Assembly (NCBI RefSeq): GCF_006345805.1
Contig: NC_043010.1
Location: 52,266,001-52,330,000, forward strand
Direction: 5' to 3'
DNA: 64,000 bases
Origin: Octopus sinensis
Lineage: Eukaryota
The notes beneath the pieces were generated by a model. The model was not told where the DNA came from, did not search any database, and saw only the letters and a list, made by a program, of their open reading frames with translations. The translations under genes were made by a program, and so were the position numbers. Below are positions 51,013 to 62,773 of this stretch, piece after piece (position 1 is the stretch's first letter; every line of letters begins with the position of its first letter).

Positions 51013-51893
51013 GAACATTCCAGAGAGGGGGATTTGAGGAGTGAAGGGGAGGAAGGGGTGGAAGGTTTGTAGAACATTCCAGAAAGGGGGATTTGAGAGG
51101 TGGAGAGGAGAAATGGCGAGAAAGGAATATTGAACATTCCGGAGAGGGGGATTTGAGGTGTGAAGGGGAGGAAGGGGAGGAAGGAATGTTGAAAATTCCA
51201 GAGAGGGGGATTTGAGATGTGAAGGGCAGGAAGGGGGGAAAGGAATGTTGAACATTCCACAGAGGGGGATTTGAGGGGTGAAGGGGAGGAAGGAATGTTG
51301 AACATTCCTTAGAGGGGGAATTCAGGTGTGAAGTGAAGGAAGGAATATTGAATATTCCAGAGAGGGGGATTTTTGAGATGAAGGGGAGGAAGGGGAGGAG
51401 GGAATGTTGAACATTCCAGAGGGGGGATATGAGGGGTGAAGGAGAGGAAGGGGAGGAAGGAATATTGAACATTCCTGAGAGGGGGATTTTGAGAGGTAAA
51501 GGGGAGGAAGGGGAGGAAGGAATGTTGAACATTCCACAGAGAGGGATTTCAGGGGTGAAGGGGAGGAAGGGGAGGAAGGAATGTTGAACATTCCAGTGAG
51601 GGGATTTGAGGGGTGAAACGGAGGAAGGAATATTGAACATTCCAGAGAGGTGGATTTGAGAGGTGAAGAAGAGGAAGGGGAGGAAGGAATGTTGAACATT
51701 CCAGAGAGGGGGATTTGAGGGGTGAAGAGGAGAAACGGGAGGAAGGAATATTGAACATTCCAGAGAGGGGTTTTTGAGGGGTGAAGCGGTGGAAGGGGAG
51801 GAAGGAAAATAAAACATTCCAGAGAGGGGGATTTGAGAGGTGAAGGTGAGGAAGGAATATTGAACATTCCAGAGAGGGGGATTTGAGAGGTGA
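51013..51893 (+). repeat. Satellite A' subfamily island 1
   Basis: Frequent GGAATGTTGAACATTCC core and GATTTGAG(G/A)GGTGAA spacer, distinct from the main array. Confidence 0.9.
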
Positions 51894-52240
51894 AACATTT
51901 TCATCAAACGTTTATCATCAAACATTTATCAACAAACATTTTCATAAAACATTTTTCATTAAACACTTTCATCAAGCATTTTCATCAAACATTTTCATCA
52001 GACATTTTCATCAAACAATTTTGAATGTTTTGGTGAAACCGTTTTAGACCGGATCAAACCGGATCAAACTGGTTTCACCCTGTCTGGTTCGGTCCGGTTT
52101 CAACAGGTTTGATCCGGTTTGAAGCGGTTTGAACCGGTTTGAACCAGTTTGAACCGGTTTGAACCGGTTTGATGCGGTTTGAACTGGTTTGATCCGGTTT
52201 GAGCAAGTTTTATCCGGTTTGAACTGGTTTGAACCGCATC

Positions 52241-52915
52241 GAATATTCCAGAGGGGGTATTTCAGGGGTGAAGGAGAGGAAGGAATATTGAACATTCCAG
52301 AGAGGGGGATTTGAGAGATGAAGGGGAGGAAGGGGAGGAAGGAATTTTTAACATTCCAGAGAGGGGGATATGAGGGGGTGAAGGAGAGGAAGGGGAGGAA
52401 GGAATGTTGAACATTCCAGAGAGGTGGATTTGAAAGGTAAAGGGGAGGAAGGGGAGGAAGGAATGTTGAACATTCCAGAGAGGTGGATTTGAAAGGTAAA
52501 GGGGAGGAAGGGGAGGAAGGAATGTTGAACATTCCACAGAGGGGGATTTGAGGGGTGAAGGGGAGGAAGGGGCGGAAGGAATATTGAACATTCCAGAGAG
52601 GGGGATTTGGGAGATGAAGGGGAGGAACGGGAGGAAGGAATGTTGAACATTCCAGAGAGGGTGATATGAGGGGTGAAGGAGAGGAAGGGGAGGAAGGAAT
52701 ATTGAACATTCCAGAGAGGGGGATTTGAGAAATGAAGCGGAGGAAGGGGAGGAAGGAATGTTGAACATTCCACAGAGGGGGGTTTGATGGCTGAAGGGGA
52801 GGAAGGGGAGGATGTAATGTTGAACATTCCAGAGGGGGGATTTGAGGGGTGAACAGGAGGAAGGGGAGGAAGGAATGTTGAACATTCCAGAGAGGGGGAT
52901 TTGAGAGGGGGATTT
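52241..52915 (+). repeat. Satellite A' subfamily island 2
   Basis: Same diagnostic variants; the upstream D-C junction repeats at a 1218-bp offset (50798/52016). Confidence 0.9.
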
Positions 52916-53880
52916 TTTGAAAATGCTTGGTAAAAATTTTTGGTGAAACCGGTTCAAACCGGATCGAACCGGTTAAAACTGGTCAAAATTTTTTGGAAAA
53001 TATTTTGAAAATTTCAGTCAAGCCGGTTTGGTCAAATTTTGGCTGAAATATTGGTCAAACCAGTTCAAACCAGTTTGATACGGTTTGATCGAGTTTGAAC
53101 CGATTTGAACTGGTTTGATCCGCTTCGAACCGGTTTGAACTGGTTTGATCCGTTTTGAACCGGTTTGAACCGGTTTTATCCAGTTTCCACCTGTTTGGTC
53201 CGGTTTGATCTCGTTTGAACCTGACCGATCAAAACCTGACCGAACCAGACAGGGTCAAACCATTTTTATCCGGTTTAAACAACTTTGATCAAAACTTTCA
53301 AAAAATTTTGACCAAAAATTTTCATAAAATATTTGAAAATTTTTTACATATTCCGAAATTTGGTTTGATCCGGTTTGAACCGATTTGATCCGGTTTGGAC
53401 TGGTTTGATCCGTTTTGAACCGGTTAGATACGGTTTTAACTGGTTTGATCAGTTTTGAACCGGTTTGAACCGTTTTGAACCAGCTTGAACCGGTTTGATC
53501 TGGTTTGAACTGGTTTGATCCGGTTTGAACCGGTTTGATCCGGTTTGAACCGGTTTGATCCGGTTTGAACTGGTTTGATCCGTTTTGAACCGGCTTGAAC
53601 CAGTTTGAACCGATTTGATCCAGTTTGAACTGGTTTGATACGTTTTGAACCGGATTGATCCGATTTGAACTGGTTTGACCCGTTATGAACCGCTTTGAAC
53701 CGGTTTAAAACGGTTTGATCTGGTTTGAACTGGTTTGATCTGGGTTGAACCGGTTTAAGCCAGTTTGAACTTGTTTGGTCCGGTTTGGACCGGATCAAAC
53801 CAATTCAAGCCGGATCAAACCAGTTCAAACCGGATCAAACCGGTTCAAACTGGTTCAAACCGGATCAAACCAGATCAAAC

Positions 53881-56800
53881 CAGTTCAAACACTTTCATCA
53901 AACACTTTCATCAAACATTTATCATCAAACATGTATCATCAAACATTTTCATCAAATATTTTCATCAAACATTTTCATCAAACATTTTCATCAAACATTT
54001 ATCATCAAACATTTTCATCAAACATTTTCATCAAACATTTACACCAAACATTTTCAGGAAACATCTTAATCAAACATTTTCATCAAACGTTTTCAGCAAA
54101 CATTTTCATCAAACTTTTATCATCAAACATTTATCAACAAACATTTTCATTAAACATTTATCATCAAACATTTTCATCGAACATTTTCATCAAACATTTA
54201 CATCAAACATTTTCATCTAACATCTTAATCAAACATTTTCATCAAACATTTTCATCAAACAACTTAATCAAACATTTTCATCAAACATTATCATCAAACA
54301 TCTTAAACAAACATTTTCATCAAACATTATCATCAAACATCTTAAACAAACATTTTCATCAAACATTTTCACCACATATTTTCATCCAAACACTTTCATC
54401 AAACATTTTCATCAAACATTTTTCATTAAACACTTTCATCAAACATTTTCATCAAACATTTTTCATTAAACATTTTCATCAAACATTTTCATCAAACATT
54501 TATCATTAAACAATTATCATCAAACATTTTCATCAAACATTTATCATCAAACATGTATCATGAAATATTTTTCATCAAACATTTATCATCATACATTTTT
54601 CAACATACATTTTCATCAAACATTTTCACCAAACATTTTCATCAAACACTTTCATCAAACATTTATCATCAAACATTTATCATTAAACATTTATCATCAA
54701 ACTTTTATCATCAAACATTTTCATCAAACATTTATCATCAAACATTTTTCATCAAACATTTATCATCAACGTTTTCATTAAACATTTTTCATCAAACACT
54801 TTTCATCATCAAACATTTTCATCAAACGTTTATCATCAAACGTTTTCATCAAACATTTTCATCAAACATTTATCATCAAACATTTTCATCAAACATTTAT
54901 CATCAAACATTTTTATCAAACATTTTTCATCACAACACTTTCATCAAACATTTTCATCAAACTTTTATCATCAAATATTTATCAACAAACATTTATCATC
55001 AAACATTTATCATCAAACATTTTCATCAAACATTTTCATCAAACATTTATCATCAAACATGTATCATCAAACATTCTTCATAAAACATTTTCATCAAACA
55101 CTTTCATCAAAGATTTATTATCAAACACTTTCATCAAACGTTTATCAACAAACATTTATCATCAAACATTTATCATCAAACATTTTCATCAAACATTTTC
55201 ATCAAACATTTATCATCAAACATGTATCATCAAACATTTTTCATCAATCATTTATCATCAAACATTTATCATCAAACATTTATCGTCATTTATCATCAAA
55301 CATGTATCATCAAACATTTTTCATCAAACATTTTCATCAAACACTTTCATCAAACATTTTCATCAAACATTTTCATCAAACATTTATCATCAAACATGTA
55401 TCATCAAACATTTTTCATTAAACATTTTCATCAAACACTTTCATCAAACATTTTCATCAAACGTTTTCATTAAACATTTTCACCAAACATTTTCATCAAA
55501 CATTTTCATCAAACCTTTATCTTCAAACAGTTGTCAACAAACATTTTCATCAAACATTTATCATCAAACATTTTCATCAAACATTTATCATCAAACATTT
55601 TCATCAAACATTTTCATCAAACATTTACATCAAACATTTTCATCAAACATTTTCATCAAACATCTTAATCAAACATTTTCCTCAAACATCTTAATCAAAC
55701 ATTTTCATCAATCATTTATCATCAAACATTTATCATCAAACATTTATCGTCATTTATCATCAAACATTTATCATCAAACACTTTTCATCAAACATTTTCA
55801 TCAAACATTTATCATTAAACATTTTCATCAAATATTTGTTATCAAACATTTTCACCAAACATTTTCATCAAACATTTTCATCAAACGTTTTAATCAAACA
55901 TTTATCATTAAACATTTATCATCAAACATTTATCAACAAACATTTTCGTCAAACATTTATCATCAAACATTTTTCATCAAACATTTATCATCAAACGTTT
56001 TCATTAAACATTTTCACCAAACATTTCCATCAAACTTTTTCATCAAACGTTTATCATCAAACGTTTTCATCAAACATTTTCATCAAACATTTATCATCAA
56101 ACATTTTCATCAAACATTTATCATCAAACATTTTTATCAAACATTTTCATCACAACACTTTCATCAAACATTTTCATCAAACGTTTATCAACAAATATTT
56201 ATCAACAAACATTTATCATCAAACATTTATCATCAAACATTTTCATCAAACATTTTCATCAAACATTTATCATCAAACATGTATCATCAAACATTCTTCA
56301 TAAAACATTTTCATCAAACACTTTTATCAAAGATTTATTATCAAACACTTTCATCAAACGTTTATCAACAAACATTTATCATCAAACATTTTCATCAAAC
56401 ATTTTCATCAAACATTTATCATCAAACATGTATCATCAAACATTTATCGTCATTTATCATCAAACATGTATCATCAAACATTTTTCATCAAACATTTTCA
56501 TCAAACACTTTCATCAAACATTTTCATCAAACATTTTCATCAAACATTTATCATCAAACATGTATCATCAAACATTTTTCATTAAACATTTTCATCAAAC
56601 ACTTTCATCAAACATTTTCATCAAACATTTCATCAAACGTTTTCATTAAAATTTTCACCAAACATTTTCATCAAACATTTTCATCAAACCTTTATCTTCA
56701 AACAGTTATCAACAAACATTTTCATCAAACATTTACATCAAACATTTTCATCAAACATTTTCATCAAACATCTTAATCAAACATTTTCCTCAAACATCTT

Positions 56801-58285
56801 AATCAAACATTTTCATCAATCATTTATCATCAAACATTTATCATCAAACATTTATCGTCATTTATCATCAAACATTTATCATCAAACACTTTTCATCAAA
56901 CATTTTCATCAAACATTTATCATCAAACATTTTCATCAAATATTTGTTATCAAACATTTTCACCAAACATTTTCATCAAACATTTTCATCAAACGTTTTA
57001 ATCAAACATTTATCATTAAACATTTATCATCAAACATTTATCAACAAACATTTTCGTCAAACATTTATCATCAAACATTTTTCATCAAACATTTATCATC
57101 AAACGTTTTCATTAAACATTTTCACCAAACATTTCCATCAAACTTTTCATCAAACGTTTATCATCAAACGTTTTCATCAAACATTTCATCAAACATTTAT
57201 CATCAAACATTTTCATCAAACATTTATCATCAAACATTTTTATCAAACATTTTCATCACAACACTTTCATCAAACATTTTCATCAAACGTTTATCAACAA
57301 ATATTTATCAACAAACATTTATCATCAAACATTTATCATCAAACATTTTCATCAAACATTTTCATCAAACATTTATCATCAAACATGTATCATCAAACAT
57401 TCTTCATAAAACATTTTCATCAAACACTTTTATCAAAGATTTATTATCAAACACTTTCATCAAACGTTTATCAACAAACATTTATCATCAAACATTTCAT
57501 CAAACATTTTCATCAAACATTTATCATCAAACATGTATCATCAAACATTTATCGTCATTTATCATCAAACATGTATCATCAAACATTTTTCATCAAACAT
57601 TTTCATCAAACACTTTCATCAAACATTTTCATCAAACATTTTCATCAAACATTTATCATCAAACATGTATCATCAAACATTTTTCATTAAACATTTTCAT
57701 CAAACACTTTCATCAAACATTTTCATCAAACATTTTCATCAAACGTTTTCATTAAACATTTTCACCAAACATTTTCATCAAACATTTTCATCAAACCTTT
57801 ATCTTCAAACAGTTATCAACAAACATTTTCATCAAACATTTATCATCAAACATTTTCATCAAACATTTATCATCAAACATTTTCATCAAACATTTTCATC
57901 AAACATTTACATCAAACATTTTCCTCAAACATCTTAATCAAACATTTTCCTCAAACATCTTAATCAAACATTTTCATCAAACCTTTATCTTCAAACAGTT
58001 ATCAACAAACATTTTCATCAAATATTTGTTATCATACATTTTTCATCAAACATTTATCATCAAACATTATCATCAAACATTTATCGTCATTTATCATCAA
58101 ACATTTATCATCAAACACTTTCATCAAACATTTTCATCAAACATTATCATCAAACATTTTCATCAAATATTTGTTATCATACATTTTTCATCAAACATTT
58201 ATCATCAAACGTTTTCATTAAACATTTTCCCCAAACATTTTCATCAAACATTTTCATCAAACATTTATCAACAAACATTTACACC
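53881..58285 (+). repeat. Satellite D array (13/14-mer AAACATTTTCATC / AAACATTTATCATC) with a ~1.1-1.2-kb higher-order repeat
   Basis: The rare variant cacaacactttc recurs at 54931, 56151 and 57257 (spacings 1220 and 1106). Confidence 0.95.
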
Positions 58286-58614
58286 ACTGCAATAGACCCA
58301 CTTTTCGTCACACCAGCTGCGTACTGGGACGAATATGTCGATAGCAAATAATTCATGTTTAATTGTTTTAGCTTCACAGCGTTATATATATATATATATA
58401 TATATATATTCTTTTATTCTTGGAGTCCACAGAGAGGGAGAAGAGCATATGCCCTAAAAATAGCTGGAGACAGAAACTGAGGCAAAGCTGAAAAAAAACC
58501 AGATCTAACTCGAGAAATGCAGAAAAGATGAAATGAGATTTGAGAGCAGTTGACGAAAGTCGTTGATGAATTTAGCTCCATAGGAAACAAAGGTCTTAAG
58601 AGGGTATACTCTTA

Positions 58615-58770
58615 AGAGAGAGAGGGGAAAGAGAATAAGTAAGTGAGTGAGTGAGTGAGTGAGTGAGTGAGAGAGTGAGAGAGATTGATAGAGAGTATAT
58701 ATTTATCATCTGACGGTGATAAACGTATACTGGAAGAAACCTACTCCAATTCAAACCGGGGAGAGAGAGA

Positions 58771-58816
<46 letters not shown>

Positions 58817-59210
58817 AGAGTAACAGACAGAAAGTGAGTAACAGAGAGAGGGAAAGAGAGAGCAACTGACAGACAGAGAGAGAGTAACAGACAGAGAGAG
58901 AGAGTAACAGACAGACAGAGAATAACAGACAGAAAGAGAGTAACAGATAGAGGGAAAGAGAGAGAGTAACAGACAGAGGAGTGAAAGAGAGAGAGTAACA
59001 GACAGACAGATGAAAGAGTTAAACAGACAGACAAACAGACAGACAGAGAATAACAGACAGAAAGAGAGTAACAGATAGAGGGAAAGAGAGAGAGTAACAG
59101 ACAGAGGAGTGAAAGAGAGAGAGTAACAGACAGAGGAGTGAAAGAGAGAGAGTAACAGACAGACAGATGAAAGAGTTAAACAGACAGACAAACAGACAGA
59201 CAGACAAACG

Positions 59211-59260
<50 letters not shown>

Positions 59261-59265
59261 TAAAC
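58615..59265 (+). repeat. Compound (GA)n/(GAGT)n/(CAGA)n micro/minisatellite with GAGTAACAGACA units
   Basis: Direct read; internal ~160-bp duplication at ~58990 and ~59150. Confidence 0.9.
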
Positions 59266-59369
59266 AGACCGGTGTTTGGGGTGAATCTGCAATTCTGGCT
59301 TTCGTTATCACTCAGTTTCCACACTAATAACGACTTCTTACATTAGGAAAAGGTTGGGGAGAACAATCG

Positions 59370-59470
59370 ATTATATATCGATCCCAGTACTTTATTGGTT
59401 CTTTATATTATCAACTTTTGAATGATGATAAAAGAGAGTTAACCTCAGTTGTGCTTGATATCAGAACCAT
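59370..59470 (-). mobile_element. Highly decayed SINE family 2 core
   Basis: cgattatatatcgatcccagtac...ttatcaac....aatgatgataaaag...ttaacctcag..g..ttgatatcagaac parallels 7170-7270. Confidence 0.5.
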
Positions 59471-59521
59471 TCTGAACTGAACAATGCTCAAGAGACATTC
59501 AAACAGTTCGGAAAGCCATCG

Positions 59522-59941
59522 ACTTGGTTGTGTGGTAAGTAGATTGCTTGCCAATCACATGGTTGCGGGTTCAGTCCCACTGCGTGGCGACGTCGGCAAA
59601 TGTCTTCTACTATAGCCTCGGGCTATAGAACACTGGTCACACACTATTGCTCCCACCACAACCCGCTATGTTTCGCTACATAATTATCGCCAAACCCTTA
59701 TGAGTGGATTTGATAGACGGAAACTGAAAGAAGCCCGTCGTATGTATATGTGCGTGCACGCGCGCGCGTGTGTGTGTGGGGGGGGTTGCGATGCTGGTGT
59801 GTTTATGTCACCGTAACTTGGCGGTTCAGCACAAGTGACCGATAGAATAAGTACTAGGCTTACAAAGAATAAGTCCTGGGGTCGATTTGCACGGCTAAAG
59901 GTGGTGCTCCAGCATGGCCGCAGTCAAATGACTGAAACAAT
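59522..59941 (+). mobile_element. SINE family 1 carrying a ~67-bp foreign insertion at 59624-59690
   Basis: Head, body and 3' block are present. The consensus gggc-cgac-caaagcc is interrupted by a copy of 60312-60375. Confidence 0.85.
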
Positions 59942-60522
59942 CAAACAAATAACGGAATAAGGTGTTATAATATCGTTGCTTTGGATGAAGATATATTATA
60001 TTGTTGTTGGAAATATATTTTCAAAAAAATTAAATCCAGGGGAGGTAACTATTGACATAGTCCAAGGGAGATAACTATTTGCAATTATTAATAGTTATTG
60101 CCAAGCTACTATGGCAGTCCAAAAATATAGAACGAATACTGCCGTTGATTAGCTCCAAGAGGGGATCGCCTCTAGCTAACTACGTGACACACGAACCTGA
60201 GTCCATTATAACCTTCGAACAGAGGGGTCAGCCGTTTCCTCTTGCTGGCCAGGCATCTGCAGACTATTTTCCTAATCAATGCAGAACAGCCGAACCCAGC
60301 AGGTCAATTTGAGAACACTGATCACACACTATTGCTCCCACCACAACCCGCTATGTTTCGCTACATAATTATCGCCTCACCCTTTTTTTTTTCATGTCAC
60401 TTTTCAATTTTGGAGGTGGAGGCTTTTTTTCGATGACATAATTGCTTTTTTAATTTTAGCGTTTTTTTTTCTTTCAATTACTTCTACAAAAAATCTCAAA
60501 AAATAAACAAAAGATGGAATTA

Positions 60523-61009
60523 TCGTAAATCCTCGAGTATAGTCCGCTCTTGAGTATAATACGCATGGGATTTTTAGTGGTCTGTACCTCTGAAAATCCT
60601 AAACACTTTGTATAATACGCACCCCTTCTTTAACTTGAGTAAAGGGGGTCTATTTAACGTCATTGGTTTGTAAAAATGTATACGGTAACGTCCTTTATTA
60701 TTATTGTATATATAACATAATGCAAACGTGTAGGTTTTTGTGCATTTTGTTTGCAGAAAATAAAGAAATAACAGTAATAACGTTTAATAAATGTTGCTTA
60801 CTGCAAGTTATGGATGATTCTTTTATGACTTCATTGCTTTCAGGCTTAGCTTAAGGTATTTTCGCGCCCGACATCACAAAATGCGTCTGAATAAACATTG
60901 CCCGACAGGAAATAGAGACTCGGACATTGCTTAGAAAATAATTTTCATTTTTAACCTCGTATATAGTATGCACTAGGGATTTTGACCTTTAAATTTGGGG
61001 GATTTACGG
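60523..61009. mobile_element. Tc1/mariner (pogo/Tigger-like) MITE with TA TSD
   Basis: TA|tcgtaaatcctcgagtatagtccgc ... ggggatttacgg|TA, with internal GTATA(G/A)T(C/A)CGC subterminal repeats. Confidence 0.65.
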
Positions 61010-61232
61010 TATTATTTTTAATTATTAAAAACAAGGTTGTTTCCCGTCTGTACGAAGAGTTGCATCCCTTCAATTTTTATTTTTATGATTCCTATTTTGA
61101 GAATCACAAAATTCAACCGCACGTTATTTTGTCGGACATTCAATCAATTCTTTCAGTTTACCACCTTAAATCCCAGTCAACTATTTGAAAACGTAAGACT
61201 AGAAAGACTATATTAGATAATATAATTGAAGA

Positions 61233-61466
61233 TAGTGGCGTAGCTGAGTGGTAAGAAGCTTATTTCCCAACTACATAGTTCCGGTTTCAATCCCACTGTA
61301 TGGTACTCGAGCCGGCCAGTGCCTTGTGAGTGGATTTGCTAGAGACGGAAACTGAAAGAAGGCTGTCGTATGAATGTGTATGTGTGTGTGTGTGTTCCTA
61401 TCACCGCTTGATAACCGGTGTTGGTGTGTTTACGTCACCGTAACCTTAGCGGTTCGGCAAAGAAAA
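61233..61466 (+). mobile_element. Divergent SINE family 1 member with an internal deletion, 3'-truncated by a MITE end
   Basis: tggcgtagctgagtggtaag (A box), ggtttcaatccc (B box), acggaaactgaaagaag, ttagcggttcggcaaag, then cgcgataatcgagggattactgTA. Confidence 0.7.
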
Positions 61467-61642
61467 ACGCGATAATCGAGGGATTACTGTAATGGTGATA
61501 CTTTAAAAACAAATAATTAATTCAATTCAATTAAAAAGCATGGGTAAGCTATAATTTGCGAAAAAAAATTATCTGCGCGCAGGGTATGCATCACCCCTCC
61601 AATGTGCGTGTGTGTTATTTGTTGAGACATTCAATATGAAAC

Positions 61643-61880
61643 TGAAGGCCTATCAATCTGATACATACATACATACATACATACATACATACAAACATAC
61701 GCACGTACGTACGTACGTACGTACATACGTACATAAATACGTACATACGTACGTACATACGTACATACATACGTACATACATACGTACGTACATACGTAC
61801 ATACGTACATACATACGTACATACATACATACATACATACATACATACATACATACATCATCATACATACATACATACAT

Positions 61881-61953
<73 letters not shown>

Positions 61954-61997
61954 TACATACATACATACATACATACATACATACATACATACATACA
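61643..61997. repeat. (TACA)n/(TACG)n/(CA)n compound microsatellite
   Basis: Direct read. Confidence 0.95.
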
Positions 61998-62085
61998 TTT
62001 TCAGATTTAATATAAGAATATATGGACAACAAGAAAATTGCAGGAAGCTGCGTGATAGTGGTGTCTGACGTGGCATATAACTTGT

Positions 62086-62170
62086 TTGACATGCGCATTA
62101 AGTTTCTATTCTTCTCTTCCGTTTTATTTTGACATGCGCATTGCATTTTTATCGTTCTCTTCCGTTTTAC
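62086..62170 (+). repeat. ~43-bp direct tandem duplication in unclassified sequence
   Basis: tttgacatgcgcatt...ttctcttccgtttta occurs twice. Confidence 0.75.
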
Positions 62171-62773
62171 GAATCCTTCGTGCACATGCACCTTATTCTT
62201 ATTTTACCGGTTCCATCTCAAAACTGTTCACAGATCACAGCCATCTCACGAACCTGCTGTGTTGGTTGTGAAAAAAAAAACCGGTGTAAATTAGTAGAAA
62301 TCTGTTTAATTAAAATAATCTGCTGTTTTGATTTTTTGGTTTATGTGCTTTTCGTTTTCGTAGGTTTTATTAAAAACATGGGGAGAATGTGTTTATAAAG
62401 CACCATTCGGTAACAGGAGACGCTGAGCTCCAGGAAAAAAAAAACAGAAAATCACTAACAAACAAAAATCACGACAATATTAATGTTACGTGATTGATAA
62501 TGATAATTTTTTTCCAATCATTTTAGTCAAGGATACACAAAAAAAGAATTAATATGTTCAAGGGAGATAACTCTTGTTCTTATTCAAGGGAGGTAAATAT
62601 TCCCAATAGCTGAGCTACTACTGGTAAAACGTGAAAATATTCTAATTTCAGTGTAGTTTTCGTGCTTATACTTGCTTATTATCAAGAATGTTGAATAATA
62701 ACCAAAGGAATACGATAACAAGAAGCTACATAAATGGGGTCCCTTCGAGGATATCTGGTGTAGCTTTATTCAA

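Larger units (their letters stand above)
33624..53880. repeat. Composite macrosatellite of alternating modules B (13-mer AATCTATAAATAG plus (AAAT)n), C (10-mer AAAC(C/T)(G/A)GTTC), D (13/14-mer AAACATTT(T/AT)CATC) and short A islands
   Basis: Module order and junction sequences recur. Examples: C-D-linker-C blocks at ~34506, 35481, 37570, 41206, 44000, 45550, 46780 and 48527; B blocks fill most of 33671-48164. Confidence 0.95.

Noticed and set aside
33624-53880. Repeat-spacer-like alternation suggesting a CRISPR array
   Set aside because: Eukaryotic context, the 'spacers' are themselves repeats, and there are no cas genes.
7879-58285. Centromere call
   Set aside because: Large satellites are compatible with a pericentromeric location, but nothing in the sequence (no CENP-B box, no CENP-A data) supports it directly.
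34450-58295. His/Gln/Phe-rich and NRFKPVQTGS-type ORFs
   Set aside because: They are translations of satellites D and C and are open only because the repeats lack stops.
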